The notes below the pieces were generated by a model. That model had not been told where the DNA came from and did no database searches. It saw nothing but the letters and a program-made list of their open reading frames with translations. Positions 1-13,185 of a stretch of DNA of 64,000 nt are shown piece by piece. This DNA is from Azolla caroliniana. Taxonomy: Eukaryota > Plantae > Polypodiophyta. Positions within the stretch are counted from its first letter, which is position 1; every line of letters starts with the position of its first letter. The stretch lies in NCBI GenBank assembly GCA_043228905.1, contig JBHGNT010000011.1, positions 11,842,001 through 11,906,000 of the forward strand. The letters are read 5' to 3'. The translations under genes and the position numbers were made by a program.

Positions 1-83
1 CGCCAGAACCGGAAACAACAAAACCGGCATCCCCGGTCAATGAAACAAGTTCGGACAAGCAAGGGAAAGAAACGGACGAGCAA

Positions 84-3000
84 GTGCCTACACCACCACA
101 CAACCAATCGGAGACTCAGGAGGAATGGGCTCCAACACTACCACCCAAGTCACCAAAGAAACAGGAGGAGCGAGTACCGACACCACCTCCGACAGAACCG
201 ATAGATGACGACACCATGCCATACCAGTATTCGAAATATTGGGATGACCCAAACGCGGAGGCCCATATCTACGCCTTTCTCCAAACATGGGAAGCGAACC
301 ATGTTTCACAATGGCTGACCGAAGTAGAGACCAAATGCTCGAAGATAGCAGAATTCGGCATGACCCTGGACGGACCGACGGCACGATGGCATAACAAGCA
401 CCTTCCCGACAATATTGCCACATTTGAAGAAATAAAGACAAAGTTTTTGCGCTTCTTCCATAGACAAGTGGAACAAAGGGAAATCGTTGGTCAGTTCTAT
501 ACGACACGACAAGGCCCAATAGAAACCGTGCCACAGTTCATCATCCGGTTCCAAACGCTACACAATCAACTCACCAGAGCACCGTCGAAAGAAGTCAAAA
601 CAATATTTTTGGTAGCTCTTCGAGAACCTCTCCGAACAATGTGCGCAGTAATAGATTTCGGAACCAACACAATAGACCAAGTCATTGACTAGGTCATGGA
701 AATGGACAAGAACAGTTCTTGGCTAACGATGGGGGCACTCCAATGAGCACTCCCTACCGTAGAAGACCTCCGGTTTCGACATGCCGTCCAATGCACAACG
801 TGCCTTAACCCCGGTCACTCAAGCGTAGAATGCACAATGAGAACACAATGCATGTTATGTCATTCTTGATCACACACAATGGACAGATGTGAATATAATC
901 TACTAAACCGACATGCGGCACTAGTTCGGTAGATCGAACCCCGGACCGAGCGGCAAAACGACGAGGAATGGTTCAGGCGAGATGACAGCTACCGAACAAT
1001 ACAAGACGTCCAATACGATGACATACGGGACGGGTATGATTAGGATCGTAATGATAGGAGTTGGGAATACAACCGCGATAGGTATGATCGCGATTACTCC
1101 CCCGACTATAACAGAAGGAGGGATGACCAACGAGGGGAGTATGCAAAACAGCAAGGATATCGGAATAACCGACGCTACAACCGAAGAAGAAACTTCTGAC
1201 GAGACAGAGATAGAAACACAACAGATTCCCAATCAGAGCAACGGAGAATAGAGGAGCCCAACTGAGCGATACCATACATTGAATCAAGTAACACAGAAAA
1301 AGCAGAGTCTAGTAGCATACGGAAAGTGTATTGCTACTATTGTTGGCAAGAAGGACACTATAGTAGTCAGTGTGCGGTCAAGACAAACGACAAACAACCG
1401 GCAGTGAATATGGTGATTGCAGAGGTTGCAGACATTTAGTAGGTCACAACTAGATCGAAAGGAAAAATGTTGGAATGGGAGGCTCAAGAAGCCATTCGGA
1501 AACAGGCCACCAAATGGATAGAGAAGGCCAATGAAAGGAACGTGATTGAATTACGAGAACAAATGAAATTCTCGAAAGAATTGACAAAGACCACGGAGGA
1601 GGACCCAACGTGGCAAGCATTACAAGACTGCCAGATTACGCTACCATTGGGCTGGGTATTACAATTAGTCCCTTGATTCATTGACAGACTGAAATCGGCA
1701 TTGGCATCACCACACTCCACACCGGCTCCGACTTTCTTTTCCAACCTAGAAGAAGGACCAGCGGTCGTGGATACAAGCAACCCGACAATTACGGTCATCA
1801 TTAAAGGACGGGAAGTACCCAAAACAATAGTGGATGGTGGATTGGGAGTGAGCGTCATTAGCAAACGCACATGTGACATGTTGGGAATACAAGAATGGGA
1901 ACCATTTCCATTTTGGCTCTGGATGGCAGATACTAGTTTGGTCCGACCAACCACACTGATCCGGGATTTAGAGGTCACAATCGACAGACATGCATTCCAG
2001 ATATCCGCAGTGGTTCTGCAGTTAAACGCACAAGGAGCATATCCCTTGATGCTAGGAAGACCATGGCTACGGACGGCGCATATAAAATAGAATTGGCAGA
2101 AAAATACCATCACGTTCCAGAGAGACAAAGCAAAGGTGCGAGTGTCGACACAACCACGAAAAGGTGCAAGCAAAGGAATTAATGCCATTGTATGCGGAAA
2201 GCATTAACATGATGGATGGGCTAGCAGACGAGGAGGTGGACCGGTACCTCGAAGAGCACCCAAAGATAGTTCCATTATACGAGGTGGATGTGGCAGAAGT
2301 GGTCACTCCCTATATGGTGCAACCGAACGACGTCGGTGACGAGCTAGATTGGGAGGCAATTCGGGAACTACAACAAGCCCAAGAATCTCTGGAACGAGAA
2401 ATGGCGGTGTCCCAATGAGTGAAAGCGTCACAACTAGAGGAAGTGAACTTGGGAACCAGGGAAGAATCGAAACCAGCACACGTGGCAAAAGAAATGCCAC
2501 CGGCGGAAAAGCTAGCAATGGTAGAATTACTAAAAGAATTCCGGGATGTATTTGCATGGTCGTATGAAGACATGCGAGGATTGGATCCTCAGCTATACCA
2601 GCACCAACTTCACATGAGCAAGGACGCGAAACCGGTAGCACAAAGGCGTTACTGGATGAATCCGAATTATGCGGCCAAGCTAAAAGAGGAAATTGATAAA
2701 TTACTTCGAGTCGGTTTTATCTGACCGGTGAAGTAGGCAACATGGCTTAGTCCGATCATGGTGGTACCCAAGAAGAATGGGAAAATCCGAGTTTGTGTTG
2801 ATTACCGGAAACTAAACGCCGAGACTGTAACAGATGCGTTCCCACTCCCATTTACGGATGGGGTTCTGGATGCAGTAGACGGGTATGAGATATGGGCAAG
2901 ATATACAACTTCCTCGATGGATTTAGTGGCTACAATCAAATTCGGATGCACTCGGTAGACCAAAAGAAGACAACATTCGTTACAGAATGGGAAGTATTCG

Positions 3001-5343
3001 TCGTGGTGGTTATGATGTTCGAGCTAAAGATGGAACCATCAACATTCCAATGCATCATTATGGAGATATTCATGGAATTCATACTAGCATTTATGCAGGT
3101 GTTCCTGGACAATTTTGTTGTCTATAGCCGGAAGGGTGAACACCTGGCTCATCTCCGATTATGTCTCGAGAAATGCCGAGATTTTCAGCTGAGCCTAAAT
3201 CTGACAAAATGTGTCTTCGGAGTGACAAGTGCTACATTATTAGGACATATCGTGAGCAAGGAAGGCATTGCAGTAGATCCGGATAAAGTAAAAGCTATTT
3301 TGGAAGCACCGCCTCTGGCAAAATGCCAAAGCTCTGAGCCGGTTTTTAGGACAGATCTGGTGGCATAGCCGGATGCTCCAATATTTGGCTGACTTTGCCA
3401 CACCTTTACATGTGGCCGTACACCATACCCCATTCCAATGGATGGAGCTAGAGAATAGGGAATACCACGCATTGAAAGTGATGTTGTCACAGGCGCCGAT
3501 GGTGCAACCTCCAAATTGGACCAAGGAATTTCATGTGTTCGTGGACGCATTGGATGTAGCGATTGACAACGTCCTCAAGCAGCTCACCGAACCAAGGTGG
3601 TACCGGCCGGTGTACTACGTCAGTCGGAAGCTCTCAAAGGCCAAACAGAACTACTCCACGACAGAGAGAGAAGCCTTGGGGATGGTTTATAGTGTAACAA
3701 AGTTCCGCCATTACCTACTAGGACGAAAATTTTCATTTCATGTGGATCATTTGGCGCTACTTTACTTGGTCTCAAAAGCATCCTTATTGGCACGCTAGCA
3801 CGGTAGACATTGTTGCTACAAGAGTTTGAATTTGAAATATACCACCAACCAAGAGTGCAACATGCGGTAGCAAACTACTTGAGCCGGTTAGAATCCAGAG
3901 AGGCAGGCTACGGAGTTTGGGACAAGTTTCTGGATGCACAAATCTTTAGGGTAATCGCGGAAAATACAATGGACGAGACAATCGCCGAAGAAGATAAGTG
4001 GCTTACTAATATTCATCAGTTCCTAAGCACCGAACTATCTCCGGAAGAGTTGAACTGGGATGCGCGGAAATGGTTGGAAGTATAAAGCCGCCACTTTTGT
4101 TTATTGTAGGACACCTTGTACCACAAGGGAGCTGATGGCATATGGCGTCGCGCAGTCTGGAGTGACGAAAAGGACACAATCCTTCAGGAAGCCCATTGCG
4201 GAGTGGTAGGAGGCCACTATGTCGGAGATGCTACGGCAAGGAAAATTTGGAGAAGCGGATTGTGGTGGCCTACAACCCTGAAGACATCATTCGGTATGCA
4301 AAGGAATGCGACTTTTGTCAAAGAATGGGCCAACCGATGGAGCAAGCCCAGATGTCGCATCAACCGGTTTTGTCGTTAGACCCCTTTAAAAAATGGGGAC
4401 TGGATTTTGTCAGACCGTTCAAACCGCCAGCAACTGATACATTATTGTTGCAACAGATTACTGCACGAAGTGGGTGGAAGCTAAAGCACTTAGAGACAAT
4501 ACCGCGGCCTCCACAACTAAATTTTTATATGAATACATTTGGTGCAAATACGATTGTCCGATAGAGCTCATTAGTGATTAGGGTGGACATTTGCTCCGAC
4601 GGGTAGTAGAAAACTTGACAACATTCTATGCGGTGGTACATAAAAGAAGTACGCCTTATTACCCGCAAGCCAACGGATTAGCGGAATCCACCAACAAGAC
4701 GCTCCAAAACATTCTCCGGAAAATTGTCAACGAAAACCGGACCGAATGGGATACAAAATTACGAAGCGCGCTATGGGGATATAGGACGGCATATAAGACA
4801 AGTATCCGGATGACACCATTCCGGTTGGCGTTCGGATTGGAAGCAGTGATGCCAATGGAATTTCAAATTCCTAGCTTACAGATACAGGTTCAGGAACGAT
4901 TGAGTGAGAAGGAATCGGGAAAGATCCGGCTTGTAACTTTGTGTGAATTAGAAGAACACCGGAAAACAAGCGTACTACAGTTGGAACTGGAGCAAAGACG
5001 ACGGAAAGCTTTTGTGGACCAACACAGAAGGGGAAATGAAAAACAATTCGGAATCGGCAAGGCAGTATTAGTGTTCCAGACCCATATGGGCACAATGTCG
5101 GGAAAGTTATGGTTCCGGTGGACCGAACCGTACTGGATAACGAGGGAGTTTAAGGGGTTTTATCAACTGGGCACGTTAGCCGGTGAAGTCCTAGAGAAGT
5201 GGGTTAATGGATTCCGGCTAAAACCTTACCACAGACCGATGCTACAAAACCCATTCGAGCAACCAGACGGCGCAACCGAAACCGGTAGAGGATACCAGGT
5301 ACTAGTACAGGATCCAACATCGCCGGACGCTACGGAGGAATAA
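84..5343 (+). pseudogene. gypsy-1 gag-pol pseudogene
   Basis: Many ORF fragments colinear with the better preserved gypsy-2 polyprotein. Stops are mostly CGA/CAG/TGG to stop transitions, plus frameshifts. Confidence 0.9.
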
Positions 5344-5668
5344 TAATACACAAAAAGAAAAAAAAGAAAAAAAAGAAAAAAAGAGAGGTTTATTAAAAAC
5401 GAACGGACACCTCGAAATGATGTGACGTCAACTATTTAAAGCGCACCACGCGGCGTACAACTCCTATTATAGTACATGACGTGCATGCACGGGAATCAAG
5501 AAAAGGCGGCGGACTAGAATGGGGACACAAAACATCTGAATAATAGAGGCACTCTCATTTCGCTAGAATAGAGCATTCAAAGAGCAAAGGCGGTTACAGG
5601 TTTTCAAAAGAGCACATGTGAGCATCAGAGGCAAGGAACTCCACCAGAGCACCAAAAGCGAAGAAGAC

Positions 5669-8370
5669 ATGAGTCCAATTGCTCTATCCGATGCGGCGAA
5701 AGATTGGCTCAACAGAAACAGATTAGAGGGATTCCTCTATATATTAGTGACGCCACCACATTATGAACCGAAGAAGGTAGCATTACAAATCGACCTCTAG
5801 GAGATCACAGAGGGTATGGTGCAGGCCCTTACCGGCCTACCGGTAGGAGGCATGTACTCCATCAAGAACCCCTCCACTGAGACACTGATGGAGTACTTTG
5901 GTGAGTACTCCATAGCTAGCAAAGCATACTGCACACAAGGCGAAGAGGACCCTCTGTTCCGGGAGGTAGCATGGGTGTTAATCGAATACGGATTTGTGCA
6001 TCCTCGCCTATCGACTATGTCTAAAAATAGAGCCGGTTTTATTATCGCAACGTATGAAGGCGTCAAGGTGGACTGGCTAGTTATAATGGTAGATTCCTTA
6101 CGGGTTTCCATTCAATCGGTTGTGGAGGGGAAGAAGGTGTGAACTGTGATAGCGCAATGGCTCACCCTGTTGGTACCCCAGCCACCGGCCATTAAAGCAA
6201 AGAAGCGGGGTCGATCGGCAGATACAACGCCGAACAAGCCATCCAAGCGGCAACAGCTCTTGGCCAAGCACACCCCCGGTTGGACAGAAGGGGGCTCGTC
6301 GCAAATGGAAACAGAGCAGTTGAGCCGGAAAAAGCCGGTGGAGAAAGTGGTGCCAGTGGAAAAGCCGGCCAAGGCCATAAAAATCATGTTGCGTCGACAT
6401 GACAAGGAACCAGACGATCTGGTCTGGAGGGTGCACCACGAAACCACGGAGGAAGAGGCCGAAGAAGAACCAGCCAAAACCCTCCAACATCGGCCAAGGA
6501 AACACAACATAGAGCAGTAGGGGGAAGGAGCGGGTCCAAGGCGGGACAACACCCCAACAACCGGCTCAGTGGTGGTAGAACCCCGAACGGAGGAAGAATC
6601 GGAATTAAAGCCAGAAATAGTGACAACGGCTCACCAGGAACCTATCATAGAGAATTGGACCTCACCGGGCCTTCAAGAACAGCAACACGAGCAATGTCAT
6701 CCAGAGCGGTCACCGACGCCACTAACCCAATGGTTCCGAATAGAGCACGAACCAAGATCGGTGCACGAACAACCATTCGTTCTTCCAACACAACATGGAA
6801 CCTGCCGGCAATGGTTGAGATGGTTGGGGGAGTAGGTGTCGGGAGTTGTAAACCGGATGGAGCAAGAAGAAAGGATGCAATTGGGCCGGTTGCTAGCCAC
6901 GACCGAAGAATTAAAACATGCTCGGACATGGATCCGGAGCTTAGAGGAAGAGTTGGAGAAGGCCAAGGAACAAGTGGCCGGTATGGCCCAGACAGGGCCA
7001 AATACAACCCCAGTGCCGGTGGCACTGGCTAAAGCACCCAAAGAACCGGTGCTAGCACAACATCGATAAATAATAATGAGCACGAACAAGAAATAGCCAC
7101 CTTGAAAGAGGAATTGGCGGTTCAAGAGGCCCTACGAGGCAAAGAAAGGGAGCAAAAGATGACAACCGAGGAGGAGAAGCGGAGGATTGAAGAAACCCTC
7201 CGGAAAAGTCTGGCTAACAATGACCAGCTAAAAGAAGAAAGAGAAAAACTTCTGCAAGAAAAGCAGAAACTCCGGTGTAGTGCAGAAACGGAAATCGAAC
7301 AACTCAAGGAGGAGCTTCGGCAACAAAAGGATAAGGAGGAACGCGCATGTGGGCAAATCAACCGGAAGTTAAAGCAGAAAATAGATGATTTTGAGAAGCT
7401 GCACCGGGATCACAAACAACTTGATGCGGAGCATAAGAAGTTAATCGCAGAGTGTGACCAGCAGCAAGAGAAGATCAGGGAACTCCGGGCTGATGTAGCA
7501 AAAAAACGGATGTGTTGGTAGAGGAACGTACAAAGGAGGTCAAGTCGGTGAAGCTGCTAGAGGAAGCGGCAAGAGAAAGGACGACGCTCACCCGACAACA
7601 TTACAAGGAGGTTGAACGAGCAAAAATGGCTTTGGATAGGGTTCAGACGACTTATCAAATCCAGTTGCTTGAATACGGGGAGCAGGCCGGGGATACCGAT
7701 GCATTGATTAAGAAGCTGAAAGAGGAGAAGTAGAGGGTGGAAGATAGCACGAAGTTGGGAGTAGGCAGGATCCAAGCAATCTCTGTGGCATGGAAAGAAT
7801 GAACGAAGAGGAATATTGACGACAACTTGATGGAATTGTGGACTCACTGGTTGCGGCAAGCGGCAGAATTGAAAGTCCTTCGAGCGGACGCCGAAAACCG
7901 GAAAAAAGCCAGCGAAAACTTTTACAAAATGGACGAGGAAAGCATCATCACTATCCGGGAGGAGTTTCGGATGACCTCAAGCAGGAGCTCGTCTTAGTGC
8001 GGTCTGATAGCTGATCGAGAGACTGGATCACGATCAGCTCGACACACAACTCTAGTTCGAGCGATTCAAACGAGAGCGACGACGGTGTGAGGCGGAACGA
8101 ATGACAGCGGTGATCAACATCAGTGATGAAGAACAATCTGCAGATCAACCACCAAATGAAACCGGAGTCGGAGGAGCGCAACTAGACAAAACCAAATCGG
8201 AACAATGAGCAGGAGCCAGAAGGAGCTAGAGAGGAGTTGAAAACGGATGTAGTCAGGGGAGCCGGAAATGGGAACGAGTAACCGCAGCAGCCAGAGCAGG
8301 GGCGGCAAAGTGAGGAACCCCTCGAACCCTTGGACGAAAGTATTTTGGACATACTTGATGAAGTGTAGTG
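5669..8370 (+). pseudogene. gypsy-1 extra ORF 3' of pol (globular N-domain, P/E-rich linker, long coiled coil), disrupted
   Basis: Fragments 5618-5800, 5816-6142, 6146-6520, 6569-7069 and 7102-7733 align with gypsy-2 ORF 19833-21695 (EYFGEYSI, EYGFV, VDW, IAQWLT, QWLRWL). Confidence 0.82.
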
Positions 8371-8422
8371 GAGATAACCCGTGGGTTCAATGTACAATGT
8401 ACTATCGCACGGGCGTGCCATG

Positions 8423-8903
8423 TGTTGGTCATTGGCAGCTGCCAAAGTATTTCATAGGGAAAGGGACGAGCCGGTTTCCAGATATGATAATAATAATAAT
8501 AATAATAATAATAATAGTTAAGAATTATTATAGGAACGGACGGATCCGGAATAGGTATGCCAATCCGGATCGGGATCGGTTCGTAGCTGGAGACCGGTTA
8601 TGCACCGTTTTGTAGCACAAAATCAGATGCCTATAAAAGGATCCGGGTGTCGATGTATTAAGGGGACTGAATATTAATATAAGAGAGTTTTGTTATTGTT
8701 ATCATGTTCATCTTTATGTTTCTATTTCGTTCTACACTCAATGTATGGATCGCGTAAATCTATGTTTGTTGTGAATCTGGATACCGAACCGGAAGATAAC
8801 TGGTCATAGTTGTTAGTGTTGAATTCCTTACCGTAACCACCCTTTGGTGAAGTGATCCGAAAGGACACCTTGTGTTAGAGGCAACTCTGGCCCAGGAGTA
8901 ACA
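8423..8903 (+). repeat. 3' LTR of gypsy-1
   Basis: TGTTGG...GTAACA termini, TATA box (CCTATAAAAGG near 8630) and an (ATA)n tract at 8488-8516. U5 is similar to the gypsy-2 LTR (CCTTACC..CCCTTTGG.GAAGTG..GACACC..GTGTT). Confidence 0.8.
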
Positions 8904-9652
8904 AGAATCAACATGTATTTCAAACACATGTAGTGGAGGATAGGTTGAAAATTGGGAGGGAATTATGCACAACAAATTATCTTAGCACAAAAGTACAGAA
9001 AGATGATAAGAATAGACAAGAATAAATCACAAGGAGGCATGTATATTTCTTGCATTTATATTGTCATCTTTTTTTAATATATACACCACTTTTGTAAAAT
9101 GTGAAGTTGAGGGCGGATTTTGGTACCAAGTAGAGAATGCTACAACTTTGAAAAGGATCATTGAAAGTCTAGTCATTTAACACTCTTATTTATCTTTCAT
9201 GGATCATTTAAATGGTGAAAATGTTTTATACTTGTAAATTTACCTCCAAGCTTCCTTTCCTAACTTGCACACATCTCTTAACTCCAAAAAATGTTATTTT
9301 TTTACGTTTCTTGGTAAACATATTATATTCAATCAATTTTATGTTCTATTACATCGTATGAGTTCAAACTCAAATATTTATGGGTTCATGAAAACTCGAC
9401 GAGCATTATTACCTTACATTTTTATTGTCCTCTTGTTTTAATAATACACTACTTTTTCCCTCTTGATCTTTTCCTTCAATATTGTTTGTAATATATTTGT
9501 TCCCTCAATTTCTTTCACATTTACACACATCACTACCAAAATATGTCAACAAATCCCCCTTGGGAGTGATTCGGTGAACAAGGAGCTGACACTCATGGTT
9601 AAACAAGTGTCAAGCTATGTGGATAGAGATGAATCCACAAATAGGATTAGGC

Positions 9653-11959
9653 CTAAAGCTTTGCGGAAAGCTTCAAACTTCTCCCTAGGCAGAGCCTTTG
9701 TGAAGAGGTCTGCAATGTTCTCCTACGTGGGCACATAAGCCAAACTGATCTCTCCAACAGAGAACCTTTCCCTGACATAGTGATAATGCACCTCAATATG
9801 CTTAGTGCGAGCATGGAACACAGGGTTCCTCGCAATTGCAATTGCGCTCTGATTGTCAATGAAGATGGTGGTGGCAAAAGACTGACCAACACCCAAATCA
9901 GCTAAAAGGCGTCTGAGCCACACACACTCAACTGTAGCTGTGAAAGTTGCCCTATACTCAGCCTCACAATTAGAAGTGGCCACAGTAGGCTGCTTCTTAC
10001 TCAACCAAGATATGCATGAGCTACCCAACATGAAGCAAAAACCACTTGTGGACACACAAGTGTCATAACAACCAGCCCAATCAGAGTCAGAAAAAGCATG
10101 CAGGTCTGGCGGTAGTGATCCCCCCTTGGGATAAAACAACCCAAGTGACCGGGTACCACTCAAGTAGCGAAAGATGCGCTTAACTGCCTGCCAATGCTTA
10201 ACTCCTGGGCAACGCATAAACCTGCTCATCTGAGAGACAACAAACTGAATGTCAGGTCGGGTTATGCATAAGTAAAGCAAGCATCCAACTGCCTGCTGAT
10301 AGAGAACAACATCAAATGCATCTCCAACATCATGAAGGCTCAAACGTAAACCTGTCTCCATGGGAGTGGCAATAGGTTTACAGTCTTCAAAGCCAAAACG
10401 TTGTAATAATGTGTCGATGTATTTCGATTGACACAAAGATATTCCACCATCAACTTGCATGAATTGAATGCCCAAATAATGATGCAAATGCCCCAAATAT
10501 GACATCTCAAAGGAGGCATGCAAATCAGCAATATGCTTCTCATTGGGACCAGTGAGCAACATATCATCGACATACACAACCATGATCAGAAATACATCAT
10601 CAACACGCTTAACATATAAGGTGCTTTCAGTTGGACTATTCTCAAACCCAAATGCAATCAAATAGGCATGTATCTTTTCATACCAAGAACGTGGTGCTTG
10701 CTTCAAGCCATATAATGCCTTTCGCAACCTGCACACTTCATGTTCATGCCCTTTTTGCACAAAACCACGGGGCTGGGATACATACACTTCCTCTTGAAGA
10801 TCACCATTTAGAAATGTTGTTTTAATGTCCAACTGATGTACATTCCAACCACAATGAGCTGCAATTGCACAGATGCTACGAACAATAGTCATACGGCAGG
10901 TGGGAACAAAGGTCCATCAGGTTTACGCTTTAGCTTAGATACCCACTTAGTGCCAATAGCCTTCTTGCCAGGAGGCAAGTCACATAAAGACCAAGTACCA
11001 GTCTTCATAATAGCATCATATTCTAATTGCATAGCAGCCATCCAATTTTTTGAATTTTTTGTTTCATCAAAAGAAACAGGCTCATTCTCATTCCAAAGTC
11101 TAGAGGCAGCCATTGCATAACAATATGATGCAAACGAAGCACTATGATAACTTGAACGAGTACGATATGGCAAAGGAAAATCCAATTTATTGTCTTGCAA
11201 AGTCTGCAACAGCCATCTAGGCACAATCTTTGCCTCCTCTATATCAACCCTCTCATTAATAAGTGCATCATGTAAGTTTGCATAAGAAATAGACTGATTT
11301 GCATCAGAAATGGAATGATCTGCATCATTATGAGTAACTTCCAAAGGCTGAGAAGGTGCCTCAAGTGGGTCAACACTTAATTGTCCACTTGTAAACAGAG
11401 GCAACAAAGTGTCATACACATATTTGGAGCTAACTGATGTCTCCTTCGTACATGAAAGAAGTGGCTGAATTGCATCCTCCACAAAAACAACATCACGGCT
11501 AACCAAAATGCGTTTAGATTGTGGATGATACAGACGATAGCCTTTACTTTCGGAACTATATCCTACAAAAATACATTTCACTGCTTTATCATCCAATTTT
11601 TTGTGTTGTTGTTTAGGCATTAATGCATATGCCAAACAACCAAAAACACGCATATGAGCAACAAATGGCTTTTGGCCATGCCAAGCTTCATATGGAGTGA
11701 TAGAGTGCAGTGCTTTAGTGGGACACCTGTTAAGTACATATGTTGCACACATGACAACCTCAAGCCAGAAACTATGTGGTAAGGCCTGACTTTTGACCAT
11801 ACACCTCGCCATTTCCATGAGTGACCTGTTCTTTCTTTCAGCAACTCCTTCTTGCATTAAACTCAGAAGACATATACTCCCCCCTCGATCAGAACGGAGG
11901 GTGCCCATTTTACATGATGACAAATTCTTAGCCAAAGCTAGAAATTGTTTGAAGCACAG
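9653..11959 (-). pseudogene. copia-A integrase C-terminus, RT and RNase H
   Basis: [44 protein letters not shown]. Internal deletions in INT and at the RT start. Confidence 0.92.
11669..11959. repeat. 291-bp direct repeat (copy 1) of copia-A integrase flanking gypsy-2
   Basis: CTTTTGGCCA...GAAGCACAG matches 28121-28411 with about 4 substitutions. Confidence 0.93.
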
Positions 11960-12340
11960 CCTGGCCGGACTAGCCTCAACACAGGTGTCTATCCGACACT
12001 TCTCCAAAGGGGTGGTAAGGATTGGATACTAGGTTACACGCGTAAGATGATTACAATTAAGCACAGACGGTAAACAATACGAAGATACAGATAAACACAC
12101 AATAATTACTTTTGTATTACTTCCGTCCCACCCTTTACAATTCATCGGATCCTTTTATAGGCATCCGACAAGGTTACAATCGGTGCGCTTAGGCAACCGA
12201 CATCCGAATCGGTCCGGATCCGGATCGGTACAACTGTACCGGATCCGTTCCTCCGAATAATAATTCTACTATTATTTACTTCCTATTATCCGATCCGACT
12301 CCGCCTTCCCACTTGTCCTTGCTCTTCTGACCGGCCAACA
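11959..12340 (-). repeat. 3' LTR of gypsy-2 (terminal 8 bp missing)
   Basis: Matches 27739-28120 but lacks the TGTTGTCT seen at 27731-27738. Confidence 0.93.
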
Positions 12341-13185
12341 CATGGCACGCCCGTGGGAAAGTGCCTTGCACTTTGAATCCACTCCCGGCCTCATTCTTCC
12401 TCCAAAATATCGAGCACACTCTGCTCGATGGTGTCAAGTGGTGCTTCTTCCTCCTGTTCCTTGCCTGCCTGGTCTCCGACCTCCGGTTGGGTTGGCTGTT
12501 CCGTAAAAATTTGCTGCTCCGGCTCTGCTTGATTCTGTGGTGCCGGTGCTTCCTCGCCGCTTCGTCCGGGTTCTTCCTGTTCTCCCTCTGTTCCAGGCTC
12601 TGTTCTGTTACCAGTGTCACTTTCTCCGGTCTCGACTGGTCGGCTCGGTACGCCTTCTTCCTCTGCTCTGGTGTCTTCCGGTCTCAGCTCTTCTTCTTCT
12701 CCGGCATCGGTCTGCTCCTGCTCTTCTTCTTCTCCTTCGAACGGAAGTTCTTCTTTGGGTATTCATCGTCGGGTTGTTCGGTGTCGGTTGGTTCAACTTC
12801 AGCCGGTCGCTCTCCCTCACTTATAGTGATTGGCGTCGTTCTTTCCTTGGCTTCCTGTCGTACCCGGTCCTGCTCGTATTTCTCCAACTCCAACTGAGTT
12901 GCGAGCTGCCCGTCATCCAACCTCTCTACCAACCCTCGGATTTCTTTGAGATGTTCTTCCGCTAAAGCGTAGAAATCCTCCGACAATTCTTCCCGAATGG
13001 CGACGATACTTTATTCATCCATCTTGTAGAACTTGTCACCGGTCTTCCTCCGATTCTCGGCATCCGCTCGGAGTGTCTGCAGCTCGGCTGCCTGTTGTGA
13101 CCACTCCTTCCATAGCTTTTCCGTACTTTCGTTGATGCTTGCCTGAGCTCGGGTACTCCAACCTGACATGATGAGCTTGATCCGG

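Larger units (their letters stand above)
1..8903 (+). mobile_element. Ty3/gypsy non-chromovirus (Athila/Tat-like) LTR retrotransposon, degenerate; 5' end lies outside the window (gypsy-1)
   Basis: Fragmented gag, PR (IVDGGLG), RT (FAWSYEDMRGLDP, VFLDNF), RH (FHVFVDA), INT (WGLDFV, YPQANG) in gypsy order. These are followed by an extra ORF and a 3' LTR homologous to that of gypsy-2. Confidence 0.93.

Noticed and set aside
8904-9523. AT-rich spacer as the missing left part of the hAT element
   Set aside because: No CAGTGTTG TIR or transposase-like frame found; left unassigned.
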